A DNA stretch of 32,000 bases from Archaeoglobus fulgidus DSM 4304 (lineage in GTDB: Archaea > Halobacteriota > Archaeoglobi > Archaeoglobales > Archaeoglobaceae). The stretch covers positions 510,001-542,000 of the forward strand of contig NC_000917.1 of the NCBI RefSeq assembly GCF_000008665.1, given 5' to 3'. Shown here in pieces: positions 1 through 8,558 of the stretch. The notes below the pieces were generated by a model that saw only the letters and a list, made by a program, of their open reading frames with translations, did no database searches and was not told where the DNA came from. The position numbers were made by a program, and so were the translations under genes. Positions within the stretch are counted from its first letter, which is position 1; each line of letters starts with the position of its first letter.

Positions 1-1561
1 CTCAATCTCGTAGATGAGGCTGAGAAGCTCGGTATATTCATCAACGAGAAGATGCTTGAGCAAAGGTTGGGAATTCCCGTGATAAAGACAATCGCAACGG
101 AGAAGAGGGGCGTGGGTAGCCTGAAGGAGGAGATCAGAAGGAGAATTGATGGGGGAAAGGACGGCAGGCAGGTTATCAGTTCAGCCCCCAGATTGAGAAG
201 GTTGTCAAGGAAGTTGAAGAGATGCTTGAAGGAGACTACAGCATTTCCAAAAGGGCCATGGCGATTTTGCTGCTTTTAAAAGACCCCATTTCCCTTGAAA
301 TGGTTAAAAAGGAGAGAAATTATGATAAAATAGTGGAAAGGGTTAACGTCAGCGGTGTTCTCCCCTACGAAATAATGAGGGAGATTTATGAGGATGCGGA
401 AGAGATGCTAAACGGGGTTATGAGATATGAGGAGACTTCAAAAGGGTTGACAAAGAAAATAGGGGTTCTCTTCCTGAATCCGCTGTTCGGCATTCCCCTC
501 AGCATCCTGTCCCTCGCCTTTATCTACCTCCTTGCCGGGTATATCGGTGCGCAGATTCTTGTTGATTTTATAGAGACGTGGTTCGAAGAGAACATTAATT
601 CAGCTGTCAATGCCTTCCTTTACCAGAACGTTCCGAACTACTGGGATCAGGGAGTTGATCGGCGGAGATTACGGGATTATAACGCTGAGCATCAGATACG
701 CGATAGCAATAATCTTCCCGATAGTGACGACCTTCTTCCTCGCTTTTTCGATTCTGGAGGATTCAAGATTACTACCGAGAACCGCTTATCTGCTCGATGG
801 AGTCTTCAAGAAAATCGGAATGAGTTGTAGGACTGTCATCCCGCTCCTGCTCGGCACGGGTTGTGGGACGATGGCAGTCATCGTGACCAGAATTCTTGAG
901 ACATGGAGGGAGAGGATTATAGCCACGGTTTTGCTTGCTGTGGGCATACCATGCAGCGCCCAGCTTGGAGTTATGATTGGTATAGCTCCCGACTTCATAG
1001 CGATGCTGATGTGGATTTCAATCGTCACTGCGGTTCTCCTGATAACCGGATTTTTCGCTTCCAGAATTTTACCGGGAGAGGGCGGTTTTCTTCATGGAAA
1101 TTCCACCGGTGAGAGTGCCGAAGCTTGAGAATGTGTTTTACAAAACCGTGTCGAGGCTTGAGTGGTATTTCAAGGAGGTTCTGCCAATCTTCGTTCTTAT
1201 CAGCTTCCTGATATGAATTGGCAGAATAACCACAGTCTTCGATATTATAATCGCTGCACTGAGCGTTCCGGTTTCGGCTATAGGTCTGCCTGCTGAAGCT
1301 TCAAAGGTGTTCCTATATGGTTTCTTCAGGAGGGATTACGGTGCTGCAGGACTTTTCGATATTGCTGGCGAGGGTTTGCTCGGATACAATCAGATTCTGG
1401 TGGCCATGGTTACTCTTACACTCTTCGTTCCCTGCGTAGCGCAGTTCAGCGTAGTATGCAAGGAGAGAGGACTTAGACAGGGGGTGCTTGTTTTTGTGCT
1501 TTCCGTAACGATAGCCTTTACTACAGGCTTTGTAACCGCCTTAATGTTAGGGGTGGTGTGA
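1..1561 (+). pseudogene. feoB: ferrous iron transporter FeoB (5' end outside window), disrupted by at least 3 frameshifts and an in-frame TGA
   Basis: FeoB-like translation can only be followed as frame 1 (1-~170), frame 3 (~150-650), frame 1 (~610-1090), frame 2 (1094-1561). There is a TGA at 1214-1216 inside ...ISFLI*IGRI.... Typical FeoB membrane-domain strings are present: GDYGIITL, ILEDSRLLPR, GTGCGTMA, FFRRDYGAAGL. Confidence 0.85.
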
Positions 1562-2000
1562 TTGATTTCAGAAAAAGCGGAGAATACTCTGAGAGAAATG
1601 TGGATGGCTGAAGAGGAGGGCAAGGAAGTAGATAAGAATTCCTTCGATGAGGGGGGTGATTGAGGAGCTTGAAAGGGAGGGGCTTGTGGGCGTAAAGGAC
1701 GGAAAGCTTGTTTTTACATAGGATGGGAGAAAGAGGGCTGAGAAAATCGTAAGACTTCACAGACTCGCCGAAAGGCTTCTCAGCGATATTCTTGGCTTTA
1801 AAGATGTAGAGGAGCATGCGTGCAGGTTCGAACATCTGATAGACGATGAGGCGGAGGAGGCAATCTGCACCCTTCTCGGCCATCCTCAGGTTTGTCCTCA
1901 CGGAAGGACAATTCCTGCAGGAAATTGTTGCATAATAAAAGAGACAGAGGTTGAGAGAGTAATCTACAGGCTAAGCGAACTCTCGCAGGGAGACGAGCGG
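1562..2000 (+). pseudogene. DtxR/MntR-family metal-dependent transcriptional repressor, frameshifted, with in-frame stop and 3' truncation
   Basis: Combined translation is ...AENTLREMWMAEEEGKEV..FDE / IEELEREGLVGVKDGKLVFT*DGRKRAEKIVRLHRLAERLLSDILGF..EEHACRFEHLIDDEAEEAICTLLGHPQVCPHGRTIPAGNCC. The frame changes at the G6 run 1651-1656 and there is a TAG at 1719-1721. The C-terminal FeoA/SH3-like domain stops after ...LSELSQGDE (~1995). Confidence 0.7.
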
Positions 2001-2043
2001 TATCGACACTCCCGAAAGGCTCTACGCCCCATTCATACTCGCC

Positions 2044-2328
2044 ATGACGGCAAAGGCGATGGGCGACGACGCCATCATATACTTTGTTATCAAGGGTGTA
2101 ACAGTTGTTAAAAAGGGTAACGCTGATAAGATTAAAATAGGAAACTTCCCAAGTTTGAAGGAAGTGATGGACCAGGCAGTGCAGAGTGGTGTTGAGATGA
2201 TGGTTTGCGACAGAAGCTCCGAGCTGCTGGGAATAGATAAGGGTGAAATCGTTGAAGGTGTGAAGGTTGTCGGTGCTGCAACGCTCAATCAGCTCGTGCT
2301 CGAAGCAGACGGCGTGCTGTACTTCTGA
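2044..2328 (+). CDS. DsrE/DsrF-like sulfur-relay family protein, apparently N-terminally truncated
   Basis: Family-like sequence (TSGIDTPERLYAPFILAMTAKAMG...VCDRSSELLGI...EADGVLYF) is open in frame from 1975. No start codon occurs before M at 2044, so the first beta-strand codons are missing. Confidence 0.5.
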   Translation: MTAKAMGDDAIIYFVIKGVTVVKKGNADKIKIGNFPSLKEVMDQAVQSGVEMMVCDRSSELLGIDKGEIVEGVKVVGAATLNQLVLEADGVLYF

Positions 2329-2337
2329 GGTGGTATC

Positions 2338-3486
2338 ATGGCGTATTTCGACTACACCTCTGCAAAGCCCGTAGATGAGAGGGTTCTGGAGGCGATGCTG
2401 CCTTACATGACTGAATCATTCGGAAATCCCTCCTCCGTCCACTCCTACGGTTTTAAGGCAAGGGAGGCAGTTCAAGAGGCGAGAGAAAAGGTTGCAAAGC
2501 TCGTAAATGGCGGTGGTGGGACGGTTGTGTTCACCTCCGGTGCAACGGAGGCGAACAACTTAGCCATAATTGGCTACGCAATGAGGAATGCGAGAAAAGG
2601 CAAGCACATTCTCGTCTCGGCTGTGGAGCACATGTCTGTCATAAACCCCGCGAAGTTCCTGCAAAAGCAGGGATTTGAAGTTGAGTACATTCCTGTTGGT
2701 AAGTACGGCGAGGTTGACGTCTCCTTTATAGATCAGAAGCTCAGAGATGATACGATTCTGGTTTCCGTCCAGCATGCAAACAATGAAATCGGAACAATCC
2801 AGCCTGTAGAGGAAATTTCCGAAGTTCTGGCTGGAAAAGCGGCTCTGCACATTGATGCCACAGCCTCGGTCGGGCAGATTGAGGTGGATGTTGAGAAGAT
2901 CGGTGCTGATATGCTGACTATTTCAAGCAACGACATTTACGGCCCCAAAGGAGTGGGGGCGCTCTGGATAAGGAAGGAGGCGAAACTTCAGCCCGTAATC
3001 CTCGGAGGTGGGCAGGAAAACGGACTCAGGAGCGGGAGCGAGAACGTTCCTTCGATAGTAGGTTTTGGGAAAGCTGCCGAAATCACGGCAATGGAGTGGA
3101 GAGAAGAAGCCGAGAGGCTCAGAAGGTTGAGAGATAGGATAATCGATAACGTTCTGAAAATTGAGGAAAGCTACCTAAACGGCCATCCTGAAAAAAGGCT
3201 GCCCAACAATGTAAACGTTAGATTCAGCTACATTGAGGGGGAGTCAATCGTTTTGAGCCTTGACATGGCGGGAATTCAGGCTTCAACCGGCTCGGCGTGC
3301 AGCTCAAAAACCTTGCAGCCAAGCCATGTTCTCATGGCGTGCGGGCTGAAGCATGAGGAGGCGCACGGCACTCTGCTTTTGACGCTGGGCAGATACAACA
3401 CTGACGAAGATGTTGACAGGCTGCTTGAGGTGCTGCCGGGCGTTATTGAGAGGCTGAGGAGCATGTCTCCTCTCTACAGGAGGTGA
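2338..3486 (+). CDS. iscS: IscS/NifS-type cysteine desulfurase homologue (class V aminotransferase fold) lacking the PLP-binding lysine
   Basis: 382 aa. Catalytic loop STGSACSS is present. The PLP-lysine motif SGHK is replaced by SSND (D199, nt 2932-2934). GGTGG ribosome-binding-like sequence lies upstream. Confidence 0.93.
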
Positions 3487-3491
3487 GGGCT

Positions 3492-3953
3492 ATGTATAGC
3501 GACAAGGTTTTCGACCACTTCCAGAATCCGAGGAATGTCGGAAAGATTGAGGATGCTGATGGTGTGGGAACTGTCGGCAATCCAGTTTGCGGGGATTTGA
3601 TGACCATTTACATTAAAGTGAAGGACAACAGAATTGAGGATATCAAGTTCCAGACCTTTGGCTGCGCTGCTGCCATTGCAACCAGCAGCATGGCCACTGA
3701 GATGGCGAAGGGGAAAACTATAGAGGAAGCTCTGAAAATTACAAGAGATGCTGTTGCCGAAGCCCTTGGCGGTTTGCCGAAGCAGAAAATGCACTGCTCC
3801 AACTTGGCCGCAGATGCGCTGAGGAGGGCAATAGTTGACTACTTTAGAAAAAATGGAAAAATTGATAAGATAAAGGAGTTAGGTCTGGAAAAGGAACTTG
3901 AGAAGATGGAGAAGGGTGAGATGGACGACCACGGAGAGTATTGTGAGGCTTGA
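3492..3953 (+). CDS. iscU: Fe-S cluster assembly scaffold IscU/NifU N-terminal-domain type
   Basis: MYSDKVFDHFQNPRNVG...GNPVCGD...FGCAAAIATSS...MHCSNLAADAL (three ligand Cys). ATG 3492 is preceded by GGAGGTGA. The GTG at 3483 given by the ORF track is less likely as the start. Confidence 0.93.
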   Translation: MYSDKVFDHFQNPRNVGKIEDADGVGTVGNPVCGDLMTIYIKVKDNRIEDIKFQTFGCAAAIATSSMATEMAKGKTIEEALKITRDAVAEALGGLPKQKMHCSNLAADALRRAIVDYFRKNGKIDKIKELGLEKELEKMEKGEMDDHGEYCEA

Positions 3954-3956
3954 GCC

Positions 3957-4295
3957 ATGAAACCGCACTGCGTGATGATGGTGAAATACGTACTCCCCGC
4001 CCTGAGGGCGAAGGTTGCGCTTGAGCTAATAGATAGAGGTTACAGGGTAAAGGATGTTGCAGATTTGCTCGGGTTGACACAGGCAGCAGTTTCGCAGTAC
4101 CTCAAGAGCAAAAGGGGACAGAGGGGAATGGAGATTCTATCAAAGTCTGAGAAAGCACATGAGGTTGTTAAGGAGCTTGTGGAGAACCTCGCTTCTGGCA
4201 AAATAACCATCGAAGACGAGGTGGATTACCTCTGCAGAGTTTGCGAAATTCTAAGAGAAGAGGGGCTCATCGAGGAAGAGATGTATTCCGTTTGA
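3957..4295 (+). CDS. small HTH transcriptional regulator with three Cys (C5, CxxC near the C-terminus), co-oriented with iscSU
   Basis: 112 aa. HTH-like VKDVADLLGLTQAAVSQYLKSKRG. Cys residues at MKPHC and LCRVC. It starts 3 nt after the iscU stop. Confidence 0.6.
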   Translation: MKPHCVMMVKYVLPALRAKVALELIDRGYRVKDVADLLGLTQAAVSQYLKSKRGQRGMEILSKSEKAHEVVKELVENLASGKITIEDEVDYLCRVCEILREEGLIEEEMYSV

Positions 4296-4311
4296 GCTGG
4301 GCATCTTTAGC

Positions 4312-5445
4312 TCAAGATGTTCTGGCCTCACGGAGTATTGCTCCAGCCACTTCTTTCCATTTTTCTCTCAGCTGTACTGTCAGTCCTTTTTCACAAAGCT
4401 TGAACGTGTACAGGTCCTCAAAGATTTCAAGTTCCCTCTCGGGATGCTCAAGAATTTGCCAGTACATATCGAATGTCAGATACATTGACGTGACTTTGTA
4501 CCTGCTCACGGCCTCCATGGCTGCTATAACGTCCCATCTCGAAAGCAAAGCAACAGTTGAGTCTGAAATTGTCGAAGACAGGACAGCATTGTCATGTCCC
4601 GCAACCCAGAATATTGGCATCACTCTTAGGTTGATCTCATCTTCTGTGAGTTTTGAAGCAAATTCCTTGAAATCAACCTTCTTACTCGGATATTCCTCCA
4701 CCAGAAGGTGTGCTGAACTGTAGGTCCAACGCTTGCGGCTTTGTACAAAAACCACCATGCTTGTGCGGCACTGCCTTCGGACTCGAGTCGTCCCACTCGT
4801 GAAGAATATCGTTGCGCAATTATCCAGGTCAACATCAACTTTGGTTTACGGGCTGAAGCGTCGTCGATTGATCCTTCAGTCCCTTATCAGTATTTGAACC
4901 CGTCATCGAGTGGTGGACAGGTATCTCCGGGTTTTCAGACAAGAACTCGACAAAGCTTGTGGGTATTACTACGCACTCTAAGGACAAGCTGCCAACAACT
5001 CTTTTTGACTAAGGGAAGCAGTGCATCAAGCAATACCACTGCCTTTGGCTTCACTTCTTTGAAGTAAAACTCTAGTTCAGGCTCTTTTAGTATTGGATTG
5101 AGCGAAACAACGCAACCGCCCGCCTTATGCGTTCCAAAAAGAGCAATGTAGTACTGCGGGCAATTAGGAAGCAGCAAAGCTGTTCTATCTCCTCTTGCGA
5201 ATCTGTTCGAGAGCAGAAAATTTGCAAACTTATTTGTCAGTTCACCCATCTCTCCATAGCTTGTTCTCCTTCCATAGTAAATGATATAGCCTTTTTCCTG
5301 GATTTTTCTCCGCGTAAATGTCCAGATGATTAAAAAGAGGTATCTTTCCAAGCGGATAAACAGGCTCTTTTGGCGGGCATGGATGGGGCCAAATTTCATC
5401 CCATTTTCTGGATTGCTCTTTAAAATACGAGTCCTCGTCTATCAT
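4312..5445 (-). pseudogene. AMP-forming acyl-CoA synthetase (FadD-like) remnant, frameshifted and C-terminally truncated
   Basis: N-terminal piece is 5242-5445 (...LFNHLDIYAEKNPGK). It continues in another frame at ~5290-4935 (YIIYYGRRTSYGEMGELTNKFANFLL..RGDRTALLLPNCPQYYIALFGTHKAGGCVVSLNP). The central piece is 4312-4758 (MPIFWVAGHDNAVL...RYKVTSMY...). It ends at ...AILREA just before the expected YGxTE motif, and the whole C-terminal domain is absent. Confidence 0.7.
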
Positions 5446-5560
5446 AATTTAGAATTGTGTCTTTGGTATAGGTCTCTTTTGATGCCACTGCAAATTTCAG
5501 AGCCAAACTAACTGGTCAACACCACAAACCTCATAAATCCAATTAATCAATAGGCCCTGA

Positions 5561-5643
5561 GCGGGGGTTGCCGAGCGGACAAAGGCGCGGGATTCAGGGT
5601 CCCGTCCCGTAGGGGTTCGAGGGTTCGAATCCCTCCCCCCGCA
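5561..5643 (+). tRNA. tRNA-Leu (anticodon CAG), class II with long variable arm, no encoded CCA
   Basis: Hand-folded cloverleaf: acceptor GCGGGGG/CCCCCGC, anticodon stem CGGGA/TCCCG with loop TT-CAG-GG, variable arm TCCCGTAGGGGTTC, T arm GAGGG-TTCGAAT-CCCTC, discriminator A. Confidence 0.93.
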
Positions 5644-5938
5644 CTGAATTCGGTTTTGGAGGAGTTTGAAAGCTTCAAGAAGCATGTTCAGCTAAAAATA
5701 TCTCTGAAGCTGGAATTTAATCTTGAGGATTACATACGGTTATCATGGTTTTTTACTCTTCTTCTTGCTCCTTCACAACCTCAAGATCTCCAGCATCGAT
5801 CATCCTTACCTCCGGACATTTGAGCTCCTCAACTATTATCAGCTGTTGATTTTCTGCAGTTTTTATTAGTCCTTGCCAAGTAGTTATCATTCGCGGAATA
5901 TTTTCTTAAACACTTTATCATAATAGAATCCGAAAAAC

Positions 5939-5951
5939 TTAAATATTATAA
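5939..5951 (+). promoter_or_regulatory. candidate TATA box for the RHH-ftsZ operon
   Basis: TTAAATATTATAA sits in an AT-rich spacer ~100 nt upstream of ATG 6051. No other TATA-like element lies closer. Confidence 0.35.
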
Positions 5952-5986
5952 TGTCGGACAATTGATACCAGCTGAAGGACAAAGTC

Positions 5987-6019
5987 GGACAGATGGAGAC
6001 ACCAGTCCTCCATCTGTCC
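5987..6019. promoter_or_regulatory. perfect 12-bp inverted repeat (GGACAGATGGAG-N9-CTCCATCTGTCC), candidate operator or leader hairpin upstream of the RHH gene
   Basis: Arms are 5987-5998 and 6008-6019. The left arm overlaps the second copy of a direct repeat GTCGGACA (5952-5959 and 5985-5992). The repeat itself is certain; its function is inferred. Confidence 0.4.
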
Positions 6020-6050
6020 TCCGATGTAGGGCAATATTTCCGGTGGAAGG

Positions 6051-6233
6051 ATGCCGCCAACGAGAAAGATTAGCATAAGGCTCACGGAGAAGTATTACAC
6101 GAAGCTCGAACTCCTCGTGGAGAGCGGGGAGTTCACTTCAGTTAGCGAAGCTGTCAGGGAAGCTGTGAAGCTTCTTCTGGAGAAGTACAAGGAGCAGCTT
6201 GAGAGTATTGCCCAGATGGATACTTATCGTTAG
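6051..6233 (+). CDS. ribbon-helix-helix (CopG-like) DNA-binding protein, CdrS-like by position upstream of ftsZ
   Basis: 60 aa. RHH pattern KISIRLTEKYYTKLELLVESGEFTSVSEAVREAVKLLL. It ends 12 nt before the ftsZ start, and a GGAGG lies between the two genes. Confidence 0.75.
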   Translation: MPPTRKISIRLTEKYYTKLELLVESGEFTSVSEAVREAVKLLLEKYKEQLESIAQMDTYR

Positions 6234-6245
6234 GAGGTTGTTGGT

Positions 6246-7424
6246 ATGAAGAGTATTGTGAGTAAGGCCCAGCAGTATTTGGAGCAGGAGAGGAATAGCA
6301 GGTTTAGCGAGGAGATAAAGGACTTCGAGACGCCGAAAATTGTGGTGGTTGGCTGTGGAGGTAGCGGGAACAACACTGTCCACAGACTGTCGAATATGAA
6401 TGTGTCGAGCGCCATGACCATTGCAATCAACACGGACAAGCAGCAGCTTTTGAGGACTAAGGCTGACAAGAGAGTGCTGATAGGGAGGAGCATAACGAGG
6501 GGGCTTGGTGCAGGAGGTTATCCCGAGATTGGAAGGAAGGCTGCTGAGCTGGCCAGAAACGTCCTTGAGGATTTGCTCTGCGATTCTGACATGGTTTTCG
6601 TCTGCGCCGGAATGGGAGGTGGGACTGGAACGGGCTCCGCCCCTGTTGTGGCAGATGTGGCCAAGAAGCAGGGAGCTATAGTCATAGGCTTTGCCCAGAT
6701 GCCCTTCAGAGTTGAGAGGGCGAGAATTCAGAAAGCTTTGGACGGTCTTGAGGAAATGAAGGAGGTTTGCGACACTGTTGTTGTTCTGGATAACAACAAG
6801 CTGCTGGATTACTACCCCAACCTGCCCATCGATGCGGCTTTCAGCGTTATGGACCAGCTCATAGCTGAAACGATTAAGGGCATATCTGACACGATAACAA
6901 TCCCTTCGCTCGTGAACATCGACTTTGCGGATGTGAAGGCGATAATGGGTCACGGTGGAGTTGCCGTGATGCTTGTTGGAGAGGCGAAGGCTCAGGACAA
7001 GGCCAATGCGGTTGTAAGGGACTGCTTATCCCACCCGCTGCTTGATGTTGACTACAGAGGGGCAACTGGCTCTCTCGTGCACATCTCGGGCGGGCACGAT
7101 TTAACTCTAAAGGAGGCCGAGGAGATTATCAGAAATCTCACCTTCGAGATTGATGACTACGCCAACGTCATATGGGGAGCGAGGATTGACAAGGAGTTTG
7201 AGGGCTTTGTGAGAGTGGTTTCGATAATGACGGGAATAAAGGACAGGGACTTCGTCGGTTCATTAAGCTACGAGAACGTGCTGCAAAAGCAAAAATTGAG
7301 AGATATCAGAGTTGAGAGCCGGAACAACGGTGAGAAACTCAGAAAGCAGCAGAGCTTCTCTGAACCTGTGAAATTCAGGAGGGAGAAGCAGAAAGTTTCG
7401 ATTCCCATCATCGACAGGCTTTAA
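6246..7424 (+). CDS. ftsZ: cell division protein FtsZ (FtsZ2-type inferred from the RHH neighbour)
   Basis: 392 aa. Tubulin signature [16 protein letters not shown]-terminal GCGGSGNN. Confidence 0.95.
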
Positions 7425-7431
7425 AATCCAA

Positions 7432-7446
7432 TTTTTTCTATTTTTT
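7432..7446 (+). terminator. possible oligo-T archaeal terminator after ftsZ
   Basis: Two T6 runs (7432-7437 and 7441-7446) lie directly after the ftsZ stop. Confidence 0.3.
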
Positions 7447-7448
7447 GT

Positions 7449-7742
7449 ATGATTGTTGAAATTTCCGCAGTACCAATTGGTGTTGGTGAATCTCTCAGCA
7501 GCTTCGTTGCGAGGGTTATTGAGGTTCTGAAGGAGGAGGGGGTGAATTACAGCCTCGGGCCAATGGGGACCTCCTTTGAGGTGGAAAACTTCGGCAGACT
7601 CGCTGAAATCCTTGAGAAGGTTGACAGAGCGCTCTTTGAAGCTGGCTCGCCGAGAAACTACTACGTCATCAAGATAGACAACAGGGCTAAGGGGGGCAGG
7701 ATGGCAGACAAGGTGAAGGCGGTTGAAGAAAAGCTGAAATGA
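7449..7742 (+). CDS. MTH1187/YkoF-family (UPF0045, thiamine-binding-like) protein
   Basis: 97 aa. MIVEISAVPIGVGESLSSFVARVIEVLKEEGVNYSLGPMGTSFE is typical of this family. Confidence 0.8.
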   Translation: MIVEISAVPIGVGESLSSFVARVIEVLKEEGVNYSLGPMGTSFEVENFGRLAEILEKVDRALFEAGSPRNYYVIKIDNRAKGGRMADKVKAVEEKLK

Positions 7743-7776
7743 GTAACTGATTTATCCTCCAGAAACCACTCTTTTT

Positions 7777-8385
7777 GTGATTGTCAAGATTGGAGGGAGC
7801 GTGGCTGACAGGCTTGAGGTAGTATTTGAGGCCCTTGAAAATCTTCAGAGAGTTTACGCTATTCCAGGAGGGTGGATTTTTGCTGATCTGGTCAGGAAAA
7901 TTGATGCCGAAAAGAGGTTAAGCTCCTCAACCTCCCACTGGATGGCCATCACTGCGATGAGCGCCTACGGATTCTATATGGCAGAGACCGCCAGCAGGTT
8001 TGGTTTCAAGGTTATTGAGCCTGAAGACTTCAACTTTCCCGATGCAAAGGCAGTGCTTTTGCCCTACCGTCTGCTGAGAAAGTACGATGAGCTCCCGCAC
8101 TCGTGGGAGGTTACATCCGACAGCATAGCTGTGTGGATTGCGGCGAAGGCCGGCTTTACTGAGATTGTGAAGGTTACGGCTGCTGGTGGTGTAAAAGAGC
8201 TCGACGGCAAAATTGTTGAAGAGGTGCGGGCTTCGGAGCTGAAGACCGATGTGGTTGACGGCTACACACCCAAACTGCTGGTAAAATACGGAATTAACAT
8301 GTTTGTTTGCTCGCCAGAGGAGCTAAAAAATTATATATTGAGAGGAAGAGGCAGAGGCACGCTAATAGTGGGAGGTGAGCGATGA
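7777..8385 (+). CDS. amino-acid-kinase-fold protein (archaeal COG2054 type, possibly MfnE-like methanofuran-pathway kinase)
   Basis: GTG start. VKIGGS...[13 protein letters not shown]...SHWMAITAM pattern. The specific function is from memory of the family and is not verified. Confidence 0.65.
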   Translation: MIVKIGGSVADRLEVVFEALENLQRVYAIPGGWIFADLVRKIDAEKRLSSSTSHWMAITAMSAYGFYMAETASRFGFKVIEPEDFNFPDAKAVLLPYRLLRKYDELPHSWEVTSDSIAVWIAAKAGFTEIVKVTAAGGVKELDGKIVEEVRASELKTDVVDGYTPKLLVKYGINMFVCSPEELKNYILRGRGRGTLIVGGER

Positions 8386-8546
8386 TGGATATAACAAGAT
8401 GCGTGAGCTGTGGAGCAGTCCTCGTGGGCGCTAACTACGTTGCTTTCCCCTGTCCGGAATGTGGTGAGATGATTTACCGCTGCAAGAAGTGCAGAAGGCT
8501 GAGCAATCCCTACGTATGCGAGAGCTGCGGGTTCGAGGGACCTTAA
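8382..8546 (+). CDS. small Zn-ribbon protein (four CxxC pairs), the type commonly found next to aEF-1beta
   Basis: 54 aa, below the ORF-track cutoff: [54 protein letters not shown]. Its ATG overlaps the upstream stop (ATGA). Confidence 0.75.
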   Translation: MMDITRCVSCGAVLVGANYVAFPCPECGEMIYRCKKCRRLSNPYVCESCGFEGP

Positions 8547-8558
8547 GGAGGTGGTTGA

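Noticed and set aside
1521-1901. 126-aa minus-strand ORF, and the 160-aa plus-strand ORF at 4241-4723.
   Set aside because: They are antisense to the DtxR-type pseudogene and the fadD remnant respectively, and show no family features.
5497-5685. 62-aa minus-strand ORF.
   Set aside because: It is the reverse complement of tRNA-Leu and its flanks.
5753-5890. 45-aa minus-strand ORF (MITTWQGLIKTAENQQLIIVEELKCPEVRMIDAGDLEVVKEQEEE) in the spacer after the tRNA.
   Set aside because: No ribosome-binding site is present. The only TATA-like sequence is too close to the ATG for a leaderless transcript. I recognise no family. It cannot be supported without homologues or expression data.
6138-6953. 271-aa minus-strand ORF antisense to ftsZ. 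Similar long antisense ORFs occur at 20269-21411 (380 aa, opposite tgtA), 13221-13718 (opposite xth), 21451-21882 and 21855-22271 (opposite prs), and 22431-22955 (opposite hisG).
   Set aside because: Each lies entirely opposite a gene with unmistakable family motifs. Their translations are low-complexity and Ser/Leu/Arg-rich with no recognisable motifs. They are typical shadow ORFs of codon-biased genes.
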